From Fistulifera solaris (Eukaryota): a stretch of 64,000 nucleotides of DNA. Location of the stretch: contig AP026164.1 in the NCBI GenBank assembly GCA_030295235.1, forward strand, positions 2,232,001 to 2,296,000. Direction: 5' to 3'. Position numbers and translations under genes: made by a program. This document shows positions 12,271 to 24,237 of the stretch, one piece after another. How positions within the stretch are numbered: position 1 is the stretch's first letter; each line of letters opens with the position of its first letter. The notes under the pieces are model-generated. The model ran no database searches and had not been told where the DNA came from. It worked only from the letters and a program-made list of their open reading frames with translations.

Positions 12271-15200
12271 TCAGTAAATACAATAGAGATCGGACAATTC
12301 TTTCCACGCTTGACTGGAGTTGCCATGATTCGCAGGAATCCGTAGCGCAAGAATGTGCGTGGGTCTATACTTGCAGTAATTGTTACGTATCCATTCCATA
12401 ACATCTTTGTCGGGGCAGTAGAATACTTTGATGTATGTATCTACGTACGACATCCCTTTATAAGTACTTGAGGCTCTTGGACGGGTTTAACAAAAGAGAC
12501 CTTTTATCAAGTCTTTCTTTGACTGCCTGTGGCGTGACCCCTGAAGAAAAGGACGCCAAGTCAAGAGTCATGAGTGCTCTCCCTTCCGTAGAGCAAAAGG
12601 AAATGCGCGAGAAACCTTCCAGCATTGTCGAGTATGCAGCGGTCATTAATCCTGACCAAACAAAGGCCAAAGCTTTGTCTGGAAGCTTACCGGAAGTTGT
12701 CAAAAATCCCCAGAATAAAGCGCATCTCTCGCACATGGATTCAACATAATCATTCGGATCTTCGTTCAGCTTGCTCTCTTCCCAAGCAGCCTCGTTGCAT
12801 ATCATATTCGTTACTATATCAGATCCATTCATAGCACGCTGACACGCGATTTGAGTAGAAACGCGAACCAGCGAAGGCGTTACGCTTGACAATGTTTTCG
12901 AATACTTTTGGAGAGATTCCATAAACGATAGATACTGACTTCCGACTGGACATCCACTCAAGAACGCCTTGGCGATATCGTAGAAAGCATCAGTGATGGA
13001 TGCAACGGCGTACAAACTTAGGGCACCCGCGACTCTCTTTTCCAAAAAACGGCATGCTTCGCAGACTTCTTCATCAAGTGGCCGTTCTTCACCAGAGTGT
13101 CGCATCCAAGCGTCTACTTTATCTAAGTTTACTGCGTCCTTGAGACTTGCTTGTGCCCTTGTAACGAAATCGCGTAGAGAGTTGATCTCAGCAGTATCGC
13201 TTAAAAGCGGTTCACATATTTCCGCATCCAATGTGTCGGACACCATTCGCATATACGCCGAATTTCTCGAGGGACGGCGGCTTTTACGAAATGCATCCAA
13301 TAAGTTGTTTCCGATGGATGCCCCCGAATAGTTATTCTTCTGGTGATTATCATTGTTTTCGACTTGAAACGGATTGGAAGTAATTATACCCAATAGGTGC
13401 TTTTCATTTTGAGCTGATCCAGCACACAGGCGAAGTATTGTGGTGGTGTAGAGATCACATAGATTTGCAACAACTACCGAAACGTCTTCAGCGACCAAAG
13501 GAAAACACTTAATCACAGTAAGTAAACGCGCGAGCCACTCTAAGAAATCATTAGTGACGTAATCGGGAGCAATGCGAGAAGTGGCCCCACGATCGTCAAT
13601 CTCGTCTTGAAAACGCATGCGAAATAGACACTCTGAGTGAATCTCAATGCCGGGAACGATGGTATCGTTTTCAACAAAAATATCGTCGAGCCGGTCAAAA
13701 GGTCGATTGCCGTTGATGTTCAAACCCTCTTCTTCCACTACGGAAAAATCTAGATCGTGTAGAAGAGGCAAGAAGCTGAAGCGATTCTCGTAAGGCCGAA
13801 AGCGAGATAAAAGCGCTTCGGCCACGAACGGTCCACTATGAAGGTTTGAGGCATCCGAGGCTTTTTTGGCAGATGAAGCGTCGAGAGCTTGTAAAATCCA
13901 GCATTCATTCGCAAGCTTACGACCCGATGCATTCATGACCTCCACATGTAATGATTTTAAATGCCGTCGAAAGACATCGCTAAGTCTATCGACAATCATG
14001 TTCCCCCTTTCCTGCAAGCGACACTATATCATCGGAAGCTTCAGCTGACTCTAAGAAAGTTCGCTTCTGAGAAATGAAGCGATCTACAAGTGCGTAAATA
14101 ATGCATAATTTTTTGACGTCTTGAAGCCAAAGTGTCTCATCAACATCGTGTTTGCTGTAGTGAAACAGTGATTGCCCGCCTCGAGAGGCCAAATATCCAT
14201 CCAGACATTGAACAATCGCAGCTTCACAGTTATTCCAAACATGTTCTTTTATCCTTTGCACTTGGTTAGAGAAGGAGACCATCGTCAGATCAGTATTAAC
14301 ATCACAAAACAAATTCCCATTCCTAGAACCCAGCGAAGCATGCCACCCCGTCAACTTTAAGGAGGAAACTAAGATTGATCTTAGTAACACGCAAAGCTTG
14401 CGCATGACGCCAGGAAGGTAGTTAACGAAACTCCCTTCAAAGTCAAACCGTATAGTGGTGAGATTTCGAATAACATATCGTAATTTATGTTGGTCACCCC
14501 AGTCAAGATCAATTTCATCAGCCAACTGATCCAAATCTTTTGAATAGTCGGAACGAACGATTTCATATGCTGGATCCGCCAGCGCAACAGCGAGTGATCG
14601 CTCCGTTTCGTAGCAAAATGATTTGTTGATTTGCTCTGACCACCAAGTCACCAAGGTTATTCCATCCGGTAGGTCCGCAGCGAACCTTTTGTTGACATCA
14701 AGGCACACATCAAATAGACGCTTGTGACTGACACTGTCGAACTCGGACCTTCGACAAAGACAAACAATAGTCGATTGACAAAGGGTTGACAGTCTCGACC
14801 ATATACGCTCACCAATTTTATCAAGGCGAGACCTCGTCAAGTCTAGGGCTCGCACATTTGCCAAACATTCGTTTGTTAAAGTCTTGCGTAGAGTATCAAT
14901 TTCGCCAGTAATTCTCTCGTAGTCTGACAGCCCGTTTTCGTGTTGAAATGACAAGGTATCAACGGTATTGTATAGATCATTGACAGATTGGTCAGCACGT
15001 GCTATATCCTGTAGTAAATTGTCAAGTTTCCGGTAGTTCTCTCGTCCATCAAAAGCTTTCAAAACAATTATTGATCCAGCCAAACCGGTGGCTTCTACCT
15101 CCTCGCCTGTCGCAGTCTTCAACGCATCGCAGCAACGATCCATGTACATCTCCGTGAGACGAATATTTCGATCCAAATCGTAAATCAATCGATTTGCGTG

Positions 15201-16443
15201 AAGCAGTTCGGACTGAAGCGGCTGAACATGTCGCAGAGAAACCTTCTGCATTTCTTTCAGGGCAGCATCCAAGTTCGATAACAATGTCGTCATGTAGGCA
15301 TCCCAAACTTCAATATCACTGTTCTCCGTAATCCCCTCGGACTTGCTGTACAACGCCATCAAATTATGCCACGGAAGTGATCCGAGAAGCTTGACGCCGT
15401 CGTCGAAATCTGGATTGGAGAAGTAGTACTCCGGCAGATTGAATTTCTCCTGTAACCGCTGTATACAACGATCTTGATCTTCGGCCGTCCATATAACACT
15501 TTCATCATCATCCTCATGCTGCTTCAATCCGAGTACTTCATTGTTTTCTTCGAAAAACTTTTGTTGCCGGCGACGCAGGAATCGTCCCTCGAATGTGCTG
15601 TAATCCTGCCAGGGTAATTTCAACGAGATTGGTCGATCTTCGACTCCACGTGCTGCAAGCGGCAACGATGCTGGAACGGGCGATGGCAAATCGATAAACA
15701 AAGGCAGAAGATCCGGTTGGTCAGTCGATTTGTCTTCATCGCACTCTTCGAAACTTTCAACATACATTTTTGGATGGCTCACTGTTTCCCGGGTTCTTTC
15801 GTTCAGCAGCGAGTTACTTTTTTCTCCAATGCGCCGCCACAACTTGCTCGGACCGTTCCAACAAATCGGGGGTCAAGGGACTATGGCAATGCGGAAATTC
15901 CGGTAGTACTGGATGCTGTTGCAACAAAGACTCCGCCCGGTCGACCAACTCAGCCGTATCATCTGCCGCCGACTGAAATTCCCCAAACTCCGAATCACTC
16001 CGTTCCGACTCTTCGTCGTCACTGGATGATTCTTCAAATTCGAAACTACTTTGCAAACCCTCTTCCCATTTTGCCACGTAACGTTCCAGTTCGCGTATTC
16101 GACGATCTCCTCCATTTTTGAGCTCGATCAACCATTCGTTCGATTCGGAAACATGGGAAGCAGCCGGCGATTCATCCAGCATCCAATCAAATTCGTGGGT
16201 CGGAATATAGGAAGTGGTTGCATTCGTTTGTGAATTGTTATTGTTTTGCAATCGCGTCCACAACGTCGGCTTTAATTCCGTCGAATACAACGAACGCATC
16301 GCTTGATCTATGTTTTGGGCCGCTGAATCGAGTAAAACATTATCATTCGATTCTTCCAATGGTCGTGACAAGGAAGAGAACGAAGAGCGCACGGCCAACG
16401 ACAAACGTCGTGCGGTACGCCACGGCGACGTTTCATCGCGCAT
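12271..16443 (-). CDS. VPS50: VPS50/syndetin (EARP complex) homolog, split by indels near 15820, 14005 and 12457
   Basis: C-terminal MLEGFSRISFCSTEGRALMTLDL and YVDTYIKVFYCPDKDVMEWIRNNY match the syndetin C-terminal domain. Four consecutive long minus-strand ORFs abut or overlap. Confidence 0.75.
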
Positions 16444-16930
16444 ATTGTTGTGTTTCTTCTCGGAGGAACAAGAAATAGTTGTAAAAGCTGTAATAACAAT
16501 GAAAATGAGGCAAAGCAAATTGTTGCTTTTAGTCCTTTGCTACTTGTACAACCGCAACGACGAGCATTCGTTCTTTCTTGCGCAGTCTCCATTCTCCGCC
16601 ATTTTATGCGGGCTTGCTCGCGACAACGGAAATTATTATAGTACAAATCATATACTCAGTAGTACTTTTACGTAGTACTATGAACTAAAATGTTTTTTAA
16701 GGCTTCGTGACTTAGTTCTTTCAGTCTCGAAACGCTCGACCCCATTCATCAACTTTACGGTTAGAGGTTAGAGTACTGTCCCCCTTTCGGCTTCGGAAAT
16801 AGAATGTGGGCATTGAGACTCTAGAAAAAGGACACAACTCTGGATACCTTGACTTATTTGTTTGGTGCCTTGTTTAACTCGGTAAAATTCATTGTTCTAG
16901 TATTTAATTATTTGTTTCGCCAAAGATGAT

Positions 16931-18518
16931 TTACTTCACATACTCCCAGTTGTTCACCATTATCTTGGACACACATTGCAAAGCGTGACGCTGCAATTCC
17001 GCATTCTCGTGTTCAATCAGTGTCATGACCAGATCTTTAGCTCCCAATCGCTTCACAATGGCTCGCCCGTTGGGATAGTGACGAACAAATTCACCAATGT
17101 CAAAACACGCAATGGCGGCGACTTCTTCATCGCGATTGCTCAACAAAGCAATCAGCACTTTGAGTAAACGAAAATCACCATCACTTCCTTCCATCATCCG
17201 GGCGTTCTCTTTGAAAAAGGCTTCCGTGTGACACGAGCCCCATTGCAAGTGACCCGATTCCACTTCATTCTTGTACACTTCCCAACGGCTCATTTCTTTG
17301 TAATTCTCATGCAGCAATTTGTGCAACAACTGAATGTCTTCCGCCAGGTCCGGATCGGTGAATTGTCGATCACGCAAATGATCCACCGCCTTGATGAGAC
17401 CGCACGCAATCATTTCTGAAAGAAAGAATTTCCCATCCATCTTGGGTGCTCCATTGGCCGGTGCGGGCTCATTCTCATCAACCGTACAGAGTGCCAAATT
17501 GCGGAGGGACGCCAAGGCGACACGAACGACCTTTTCGCGCGGTGCCACCGCGATCAAATCGACCAACGCCGATACCGCCAAACTATCCTTGGCGAAATCG
17601 TGTCGAATAGCCGACGAATGATTGAGTTCGTAGGTCAAAATCCACATACAAAAGGCAATTTCGTAAAGTTGCTGCACCGACGCCATTTTCTTCTTGTCGA
17701 GCGGTGATTTGTTCCCAATGCGCAATTGACGAGCCATGTATTTGATGCCCCCCGACTTGCAAAGAGGACCCGGGTCTCGTGGGCATCCACGAGCACTTTC
17801 AACGCCGGCGAACAACTTCCCACCAACGGACCGGTCGCATTTTTGAGTTGCGAAATGACCCACGCCGTAATGGCTTCCAATGGTTCTACAGCTGAAGCGT
17901 ATTGAATCGGTCGGGCTTTGCCATCGACACTGCGATGACGTTGACTCGGACACGCGGTGACCAACATTTGCGCGAGACACAGTGCGGCGACTTTTTGCGC
18001 AAAGGCGTCTCCTTTACCCGGCTTGTCGAGTATGCGCAAAAGCGCTTTCCACTGTTCGACGAGGATACCATCTTTGCCGACATAAAAGACGGTCGCAATG
18101 GAAACACCTTTCACTCCGACTTTGAGTGTTTGTAAAATATCCAATAACTTGGTCAACGCATAATGACACACGACACCCAATGGATCGACTGCCAAGGTCT
18201 CTAAAGCTTCTTGTTCCGTAACACCCGCCGGAGACAATTTCGAGACTTCTCCCATTCCGGCACCAGCGGCCGACGACTCGGCGACGAGTTTGAGCAAGAC
18301 ACGCGCGTACATACTCGCATCACGGGAATCCGACAAGGTATAATCCATCGGATTGGTTTCGGCCATGCGCAACAAGGCCGTTTCCTGTGCTGTGAGTTGA
18401 AGTGTCCCCAACGAGTCCCATTGAATGTGAGCGAACGCGGGGGCGACGGGGATTTGAGCGTCGCAAAGGCGGCCGATGCGACGGCTTCGCTGGGAATCGT
18501 GGTATCGGTCATTTCCAT
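16931..18518 (-). CDS. ATP6V1H: V-type H+-ATPase subunit H (frameshifts near 18415 and 17770)
   Basis: QQLYEIAFCMWILTY, REKVVRVALASLRNL, EVESGHLQWGSCHTEAFFKENA, IACFDIGEFVRHYPNGR, ALQCVSKIMVNNWEY. Confidence 0.95.
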
Positions 18519-19023
18519 CGTTCAGTGTAAAGAAGAAAAGGAATCGATTTTCAATATAGCAACGAAATGAAAACGAATGAATGAATCATCAATTTTAAGA
18601 AGATGGGCAGCAGAGAGCACATACAAGTACTTCTGGTTTTTTCGCTTGCACTGTTTGCGAGCTGCGAAATTGGCGAACCAGGAGCGACTGCCAACAGTAG
18701 TCATCAACACAGTAAGAGTACAACGGATGAATGCAGGTTTCCTGTATAATGATGATAACGTATAATTAACGTCTTTGCAGAAAAAAGCCATCCACATGCA
18801 ATCATTACCGGATCGACATGTTCGGAGTGGACAGTATACGATCCAACAGTAAGCTTTGCATATTCTATTATTGTAGAACACGAAGCTGGTCATTGAAAGT
18901 CACCACCGGAGTGTTATAAATACTTCGCACACAATTTTTTTAACCAGGTACCAGGTATTGCCTTGATTGGATTTCCAATAAGATCGCCGACTTCCTTGGT
19001 AACAAAAGATAAATAGCAGCACC

Positions 19024-20286
19024 ATGAAAAACAGACTGTTGCTTCTTGCTCTGTTAGCAGCCTCCACAAAGGGTCAAGTCGTGCCATTTTCGTGCGGCGT
19101 GGGACACGCGACATCGGAACAATTGCAGGAATTGTCGGCACTCACGGCAGATGGTTCCTCCATCATAGCGAGTAACAGCAACGAAGTCATTACCGTTCCG
19201 GTGTGTAGTTACATATTCAATGGTCGTCACAATGATGACGAAATTACCGACCAAATGTTACAAGATCAATTGGACTATCTCAATCAAGGCTTTACGGCCG
19301 CCAGTTGTTGCGATGTTTCCGATTCATGGTGCAATCCGGTCGATTGTTCCGTCGAAACCAACATTCAATTTGCGTGGGCTGTCGTGACGCCGAAAGGCAC
19401 TCTGGCAGAAGGACATACGACACCCAACATACAAGACGAAGGCGCTTGTTCGTTTCGGTTGTTTCGACCCTTGTGGATCCGAACCAATTCTGTGAATGGT
19501 TTTTTCATGAAACGACTGCTCCGGAAAGGCGGACCGAATGTTTTGAATATTTATTGGTCCAATCCGTTGGGTTCCATCGCGTATGCCACGTTTCCTACCT
19601 CCAGTAAGCGCAAACACGACGGCGTCGTGATCAATCCGGCCGCCGTCACGGGAGGCGATTTGCCCGGCTACGGTCGCGGCTCCACGTTAATTCATGAAGT
19701 GGGACATTGGTTGGGTTTGTTGCATACTTTTCAAGGCAGTTGTGAATCATCGGATGGTATCGATGATACGCCTATGGAATATGCACCGTTCCGTGGCTGT
19801 GGGGAATTGCCCGGTTATCCGTTGGACCGCGACTCGTGTCCCAACAATCCCGGCACCGACCCCGTTCATAACTTTATGGATTACTCCGGAGACCTGTGTT
19901 GGTACAAATTTACTGCCGGACAAATGGCAGTGATGCGAGCATCGTGGTTCAAATACCGCGCCATTAATACCATAGTCTTACAAGAGGGGCAACCCTCCGA
20001 GGCCATCACGTTGGTCGCACGGGGACGTCAATTGTATTCGTTGATTACCAGCAACGCCATTCGGTGCACCGCCAGCGCGACCGAAGGCGATATCGGACTC
20101 TATCTGCAATGGCGTCACGAACCGCGTTACATTGCCTTTCCTTTCATCAATAGTTGCTCGACGCATGGTCTTCCCGACCAATCGTGTACGGTGCGACGTC
20201 CTCGACAACAAGAAGTCTTGTACATTGGTGTCAAATCGTCCTTTGTGCCCGTCACAGACTTGACCGTGACGTGTGTGGCGGTATAG
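19024..20286 (+). CDS. Secreted M43 (pappalysin/ulilysin-like) zinc metalloprotease with a C-terminal PPC-like beta domain
   Basis: Signal peptide, prodomain Cys (FSCG), TLIHEVGHWLGLLHTF (HEXXHXXGXXH) and Met-turn HNFMDYS. Single intact exon. Confidence 0.9.
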   Translation: MKNRLLLLALLAASTKGQVVPFSCGVGHATSEQLQELSALTADGSSIIASNSNEVITVPVCSYIFNGRHNDDEITDQMLQDQLDYLNQGFTAASCCDVSDSWCNPVDCSVETNIQFAWAVVTPKGTLAEGHTTPNIQDEGACSFRLFRPLWIRTNSVNGFFMKRLLRKGGPNVLNIYWSNPLGSIAYATFPTSSKRKHDGVVINPAAVTGGDLPGYGRGSTLIHEVGHWLGLLHTFQGSCESSDGIDDTPMEYAPFRGCGELPGYPLDRDSCPNNPGTDPVHNFMDYSGDLCWYKFTAGQMAVMRASWFKYRAINTIVLQEGQPSEAITLVARGRQLYSLITSNAIRCTASATEGDIGLYLQWRHEPRYIAFPFINSCSTHGLPDQSCTVRRPRQQEVLYIGVKSSFVPVTDLTVTCVAV

Positions 20287-20610
20287 TTAGGGGAAAAAAC
20301 TAATCTATCTAAAAGAGAAACAATACGCCAGGTAAAGAAGATTCGAAATTATTTAGATGAAGCATGTTGAGTGAGGCTTACGGGGATGGTAATATTTATA
20401 AAAACTATTATCATCGTAAAAGTAAAATGACGTCACCAGTCACGAGCTGGAAAGAGCCGTTGAATGTAATACGTAGTAAGTAATTACAAGTGTGCAAAGC
20501 CGGCGGAGAGGCGCAAAATTGTTGTTGTTGTTGTTACTACCAAAAGTCTCTTTCTTTGAATCAAAGAGACGAGACTTTTTAGCAACGCACCTGAAAAGCG
20601 GTGACAAACG

Positions 20611-22776
20611 ATGACCAGTGAAGACGCGTCTCCAAACCTGAATAGCGAGCTGCCAGATGAAGCGTCACCCACAACCGATTTCGAATTATCCAAACGGCAA
20701 AATGCCGACAAAGACGACAATGACAATCTTCCCGATAAGGACGGGGTAGAAAATCTACTCGTAGAAACATTAGAAGAAGCACCGGAACAACTACCAATGG
20801 AAAACGAAATTGTAAAGGCGAAGGAAGGTGATTTGCCTCGGGAGGAGGAGGAGGATGAAAATGGTTTGACGGATATTGAAATAGCAACACCAGAAGACGG
20901 TGTAAAGGGTAACGAGACAAGCGACGAAGAACGAGAAGACGTAACAACCAACAAACAAAGTCGGTCAGAAATTGTTTCCGAGGACGTTGAGCAAGCGGAA
21001 ACATCACCACCTGTTGTGAATACGACGAATTTGGAGACAGTCGAAACGAACACACCGTTGAGTCTCGAAGAATGTTTGTACGGTGTTTGTACGACCACCA
21101 CTCCCGACGACGACAATGACTCGCTGGTCAATGACGATTGGGTCCATATTCGAGAACCAGGATTGTGGAAGACAACACCACATACGATCGATTTGACTCT
21201 TTTGCGCAAAATTGCCTCGCAAGTGGGGATCCCCGAAGAAGGAAGTCATCGAGCAGTAGCTTGGCGTGTTCTGTTGGGGTATCTACCCGTCGACAACCGG
21301 GAATGGGAAACGACCCTGACTGAACGACGTCAGGAATACAAGACATTTGTCAAAGAGTGGTTCACCAATTCGTACGATTGTTTTCACGGGGATGAGTTGC
21401 GATGGAAACATCGTATGCCTCACAATAACTCTCGTCGTCCATCCGATGCAGATCGAGAAGAAGGAGAAGCAAGTACTCAACAACAATCCGAGTCAGGCAT
21501 CGTTGTTGAGGAAGATAACAACAAGCTTCACAGTCCTGTACGAGAACGGCTTAAAAAGGCAGGCTTGGATGCGGGCGTATTGGACTCGATTCTCAAAAAC
21601 TTCAATGCATTACAAATTTCCAAAGTCAGCGATGCCGCCACGGAACATGGAAACGTGTCGTCGGAAAACGACGAAGACTTTGTCGGCGGTGTCAAGCTAC
21701 TAGATCAAATCCGCAAAGACGTCGATCGCACCTTCCCTGACTTGAAATTTTTCTTGGATCCGGAAAGAAATTTTGGGAAGAGACGATATGCCGCATTAGA
21801 ACGAATTTTGTTCACGTGGAGCAAATTCAACAAAGGAGTCAACTATGTGCAGGGCATGAATGAAATTGTTGGTACCATCTATTATGTCCTGGCCAATGAC
21901 TGGAACGAAGAATGGGCACAAGAAGCCGAAGCGGACACGTTCTGGTTGTTTGGAATTCTGTTGGGAGATATGCATGATGTATTCATTTCTCATTTGGATA
22001 CTTCCGAGACGGGCATCTATTCTCGAATCAAAATGATGGAAACTCTTCTACGTCGACATGATGCGGAAATCATCGAACATTTCGATGACGTAGGTATCGA
22101 GAGCTCCTTTTTCGCCATACGATGGTGGACTACATTGCTTTCGCGTGAATTCTTGCTGCCCGATACCATTCGGCTATGGGATAGCATGTTTGCGTCGACC
22201 CACAAAGATAACTTTCTTTGCTATGTTTGCGTGACGATGGTAATTATGATCCGCGAACAACTACTGAAAGGAGATTTTTCAGTTTGTTTGAGAACGCTGC
22301 AATGCTATCCGTCCATAAGAATGGATAAGTTACTGACGGCGTCTCGCACTCTTTGGTTGTACGAGCGGCAAATTACGGTTGCTTGTCATAGAGGGGGGCA
22401 TCGGACTACAGCAAGCACTAGAGGCTGTGAAGCCCCGGATGCTATCATTATGGCTTTTGGCTTTCGAGGTGGTATCCTCCCGGGGTCCCAATGGGAAAGT
22501 ACAAGTCCTTCTAGAGTTGAAGCTATGCAAAAAGCTCGCGAAGCAGCTGCTGCTTCCGTTCGGGGAGCCGGTAGTGCTGTGAAAGGCTGGTTGGGACGAG
22601 CAACCAAACTCGCTAGCAATTTAGGAGACCAAGTCAAGCTTACGAGAACGGTGTCAGCCGAAAGTACGCATTCCAGCGATATTGTCTTAGATTCTTTCTC
22701 CGCTGACGAGGAAGACGATATCTATATGCAGGCAATCCAAAGTGCCGAATCGGGAAAATACTCTTACACAAAATAG
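20611..22776 (+). CDS. TBC-domain Rab GTPase-activating protein (TBC1D13-like)
   Basis: RAVAWRVLLGYLP, QIRKDVDRT (R finger), YVQGMNEI (Q finger), FFAIRWWTTLLSREFLLPDTIRLWDSMF. Confidence 0.92.
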   Translation: MTSEDASPNLNSELPDEASPTTDFELSKRQNADKDDNDNLPDKDGVENLLVETLEEAPEQLPMENEIVKAKEGDLPREEEEDENGLTDIEIATPEDGVKGNETSDEEREDVTTNKQSRSEIVSEDVEQAETSPPVVNTTNLETVETNTPLSLEECLYGVCTTTTPDDDNDSLVNDDWVHIREPGLWKTTPHTIDLTLLRKIASQVGIPEEGSHRAVAWRVLLGYLPVDNREWETTLTERRQEYKTFVKEWFTNSYDCFHGDELRWKHRMPHNNSRRPSDADREEGEASTQQQSESGIVVEEDNNKLHSPVRERLKKAGLDAGVLDSILKNFNALQISKVSDAATEHGNVSSENDEDFVGGVKLLDQIRKDVDRTFPDLKFFLDPERNFGKRRYAALERILFTWSKFNKGVNYVQGMNEIVGTIYYVLANDWNEEWAQEAEADTFWLFGILLGDMHDVFISHLDTSETGIYSRIKMMETLLRRHDAEIIEHFDDVGIESSFFAIRWWTTLLSREFLLPDTIRLWDSMFASTHKDNFLCYVCVTMVIMIREQLLKGDFSVCLRTLQCYPSIRMDKLLTASRTLWLYERQITVACHRGGHRTTASTRGCEAPDAIIMAFGFRGGILPGSQWESTSPSRVEAMQKAREAAAASVRGAGSAVKGWLGRATKLASNLGDQVKLTRTVSAESTHSSDIVLDSFSADEEDDIYMQAIQSAESGKYSYTK

Positions 22777-22802
22777 AAAATATAGTCGTGCAAGTATATC
22801 CG

Positions 22803-24237
22803 TTATACTCGTTCAGGTACGCTCTTTTGGGAATCTCCACAGTGAAGACTCCCGGGTTTCCTCGCATTCGTATCGGTTCGTTCAGCCATTGTGCTTCTAC
22901 TATTTCGGTGCAAAATTTTCCAATCCCACTAGCGGGAGCTAGTACTCTATTTTGCAAATTTTTCGAGTTGAGTTCATTTTCGTTCGCCATCCACGTTTTC
23001 CCTATCGTTACCACGCCTATCACACAGCCTCGATCATATTTTGGGCGAAGGCTACTCGCTTTTGAATTTCGTTGTTGGAGATGCCTTTTTCTTTCAAAAT
23101 GGTCTTGTAGGACTCCAGGTCATGCCAATCTTTCCGTCCACAGTGCAGAAGAAGGCGAGTTCCTGGTTTAATATCTTGGAACATTGGATTGTTGCGGCTT
23201 TCGACTGTCTTGATCCCGTTCAATAAGAGAGCAGCAAACGGCTGTGACATTGTGAAACACGGCATGGCCACCATCTCGTCTTTCGGCGCCGTCGAAGATG
23301 CTCCTCTCAGTAAAGTAGCCGAGGGGCGGCCTTGTTCATCAGTGTTCGCTTCGAAATCAACCTTGTCTCCCGTCTGCAGTTTCATACCGGAAGGAACTTT
23401 CGATTCATGCACAAAATATTCGGCACCCGTCGTTTCATCCACCACAAATCCAAAACGTTTGGTTGGTGAATAAAACTTGACTCTTCCGGAGCATTTCGTT
23501 CCAACTTGTTTCATGGGCTCTGCAATTTGCAAGTTGTTTGCGTCCAGAATATATCCCATCCAATGCTGATCATCGTGACCGGCTTTCAACTCGCTGAATT
23601 TGTGCAATGCTTTCACAAAGTGTTCGGTCGTCAGACCTCTTGGTGTGTGACAGGACATCACTCCCAACTGGGACGTTTCTCCCAAATTCATGCGAGCATC
23701 ATCGTCAAAGAAGAGCATCGAAGAATACGGGACACCCGATGCCGCACGAATAGCGGTCGAATGTTGTTTCTTACTGCCGGTTCGAATTTCAATGTACCGA
23801 AAGAAGGATCGTAACGGTGATGTACCAATGGTAAACTCGTTCAACAACTGTTCCGCCCAAGCACCTTTGCTAGTGCGACTCGCAATCGCCAATTCCACTT
23901 GGTACAACGGATGACTTGGTTCAATATCGTTGAGAAACTGAAGCACTTCTCTGCTGGCCGGAAATAAACGAATGTCTCGATTCACAACCGGTGCGGTGCG
24001 TTGTCGAATTTGGTACAGCTCAGGCGTCCACAGTGTATTGTCGAGATCAAAGATGATGACTTTCGGGACCGCTTGGAGGGATGTCAAGCTTTCAAGCGTT
24101 GTCAGAATTGTACTGGGTGTTGAGGAATGCAATCGAGTCAAACTTGGTTGTCGGAAACGATTCGTCATAGTGAAACACAGTGATTGATTGGGAAACGCGA
24201 GAAATGCCAACAACAAAAAAGCATGATAAATGGACAT
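22803..24237 (-). CDS. Fusion protein: plastid-type presequence + MDP-1-like HAD phosphatase + cold-shock domain + ASCH (EOLA1-like) domain; frameshift near 23060, exact 3' end uncertain
   Basis: HAD IIIC: IIFDLDNTLW...IASRT...LFFDD. CSD: GRVKFYSPTKRFGFV...YFVHES. ASCH: FTMSQPFAALLLNGIKTVESR...LLLHCG, and after adding one A, KYDRGCVIGVVTIG...WLNEPIRMRGNPGVFTVEIP. Confidence 0.85.

Noticed and set aside
16931..18518. Programmed frameshifting or pseudogene status for housekeeping genes
   Set aside because: Shifts are of both signs, fall mostly in homopolymers, and affect many unrelated genes. Assembly error is the simpler explanation.
20428..20435. TGACGTCA / TGACGT bZIP (aureochrome-type) sites, also at 10260, 32125, 49501, 55078, 55107 and 56756
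   Set aside because: Tens of copies of a 6-mer are expected by chance in 64 kb, so function cannot be supported from sequence alone.
22640..22800. Real coding overlap between the ASCH C-terminus and the TBC gene
   Set aside because: ASCH similarity ends at VEIP, and a one-base change in the adjacent A-run gives a stop within a few codons, so the overlap is probably an indel artefact.
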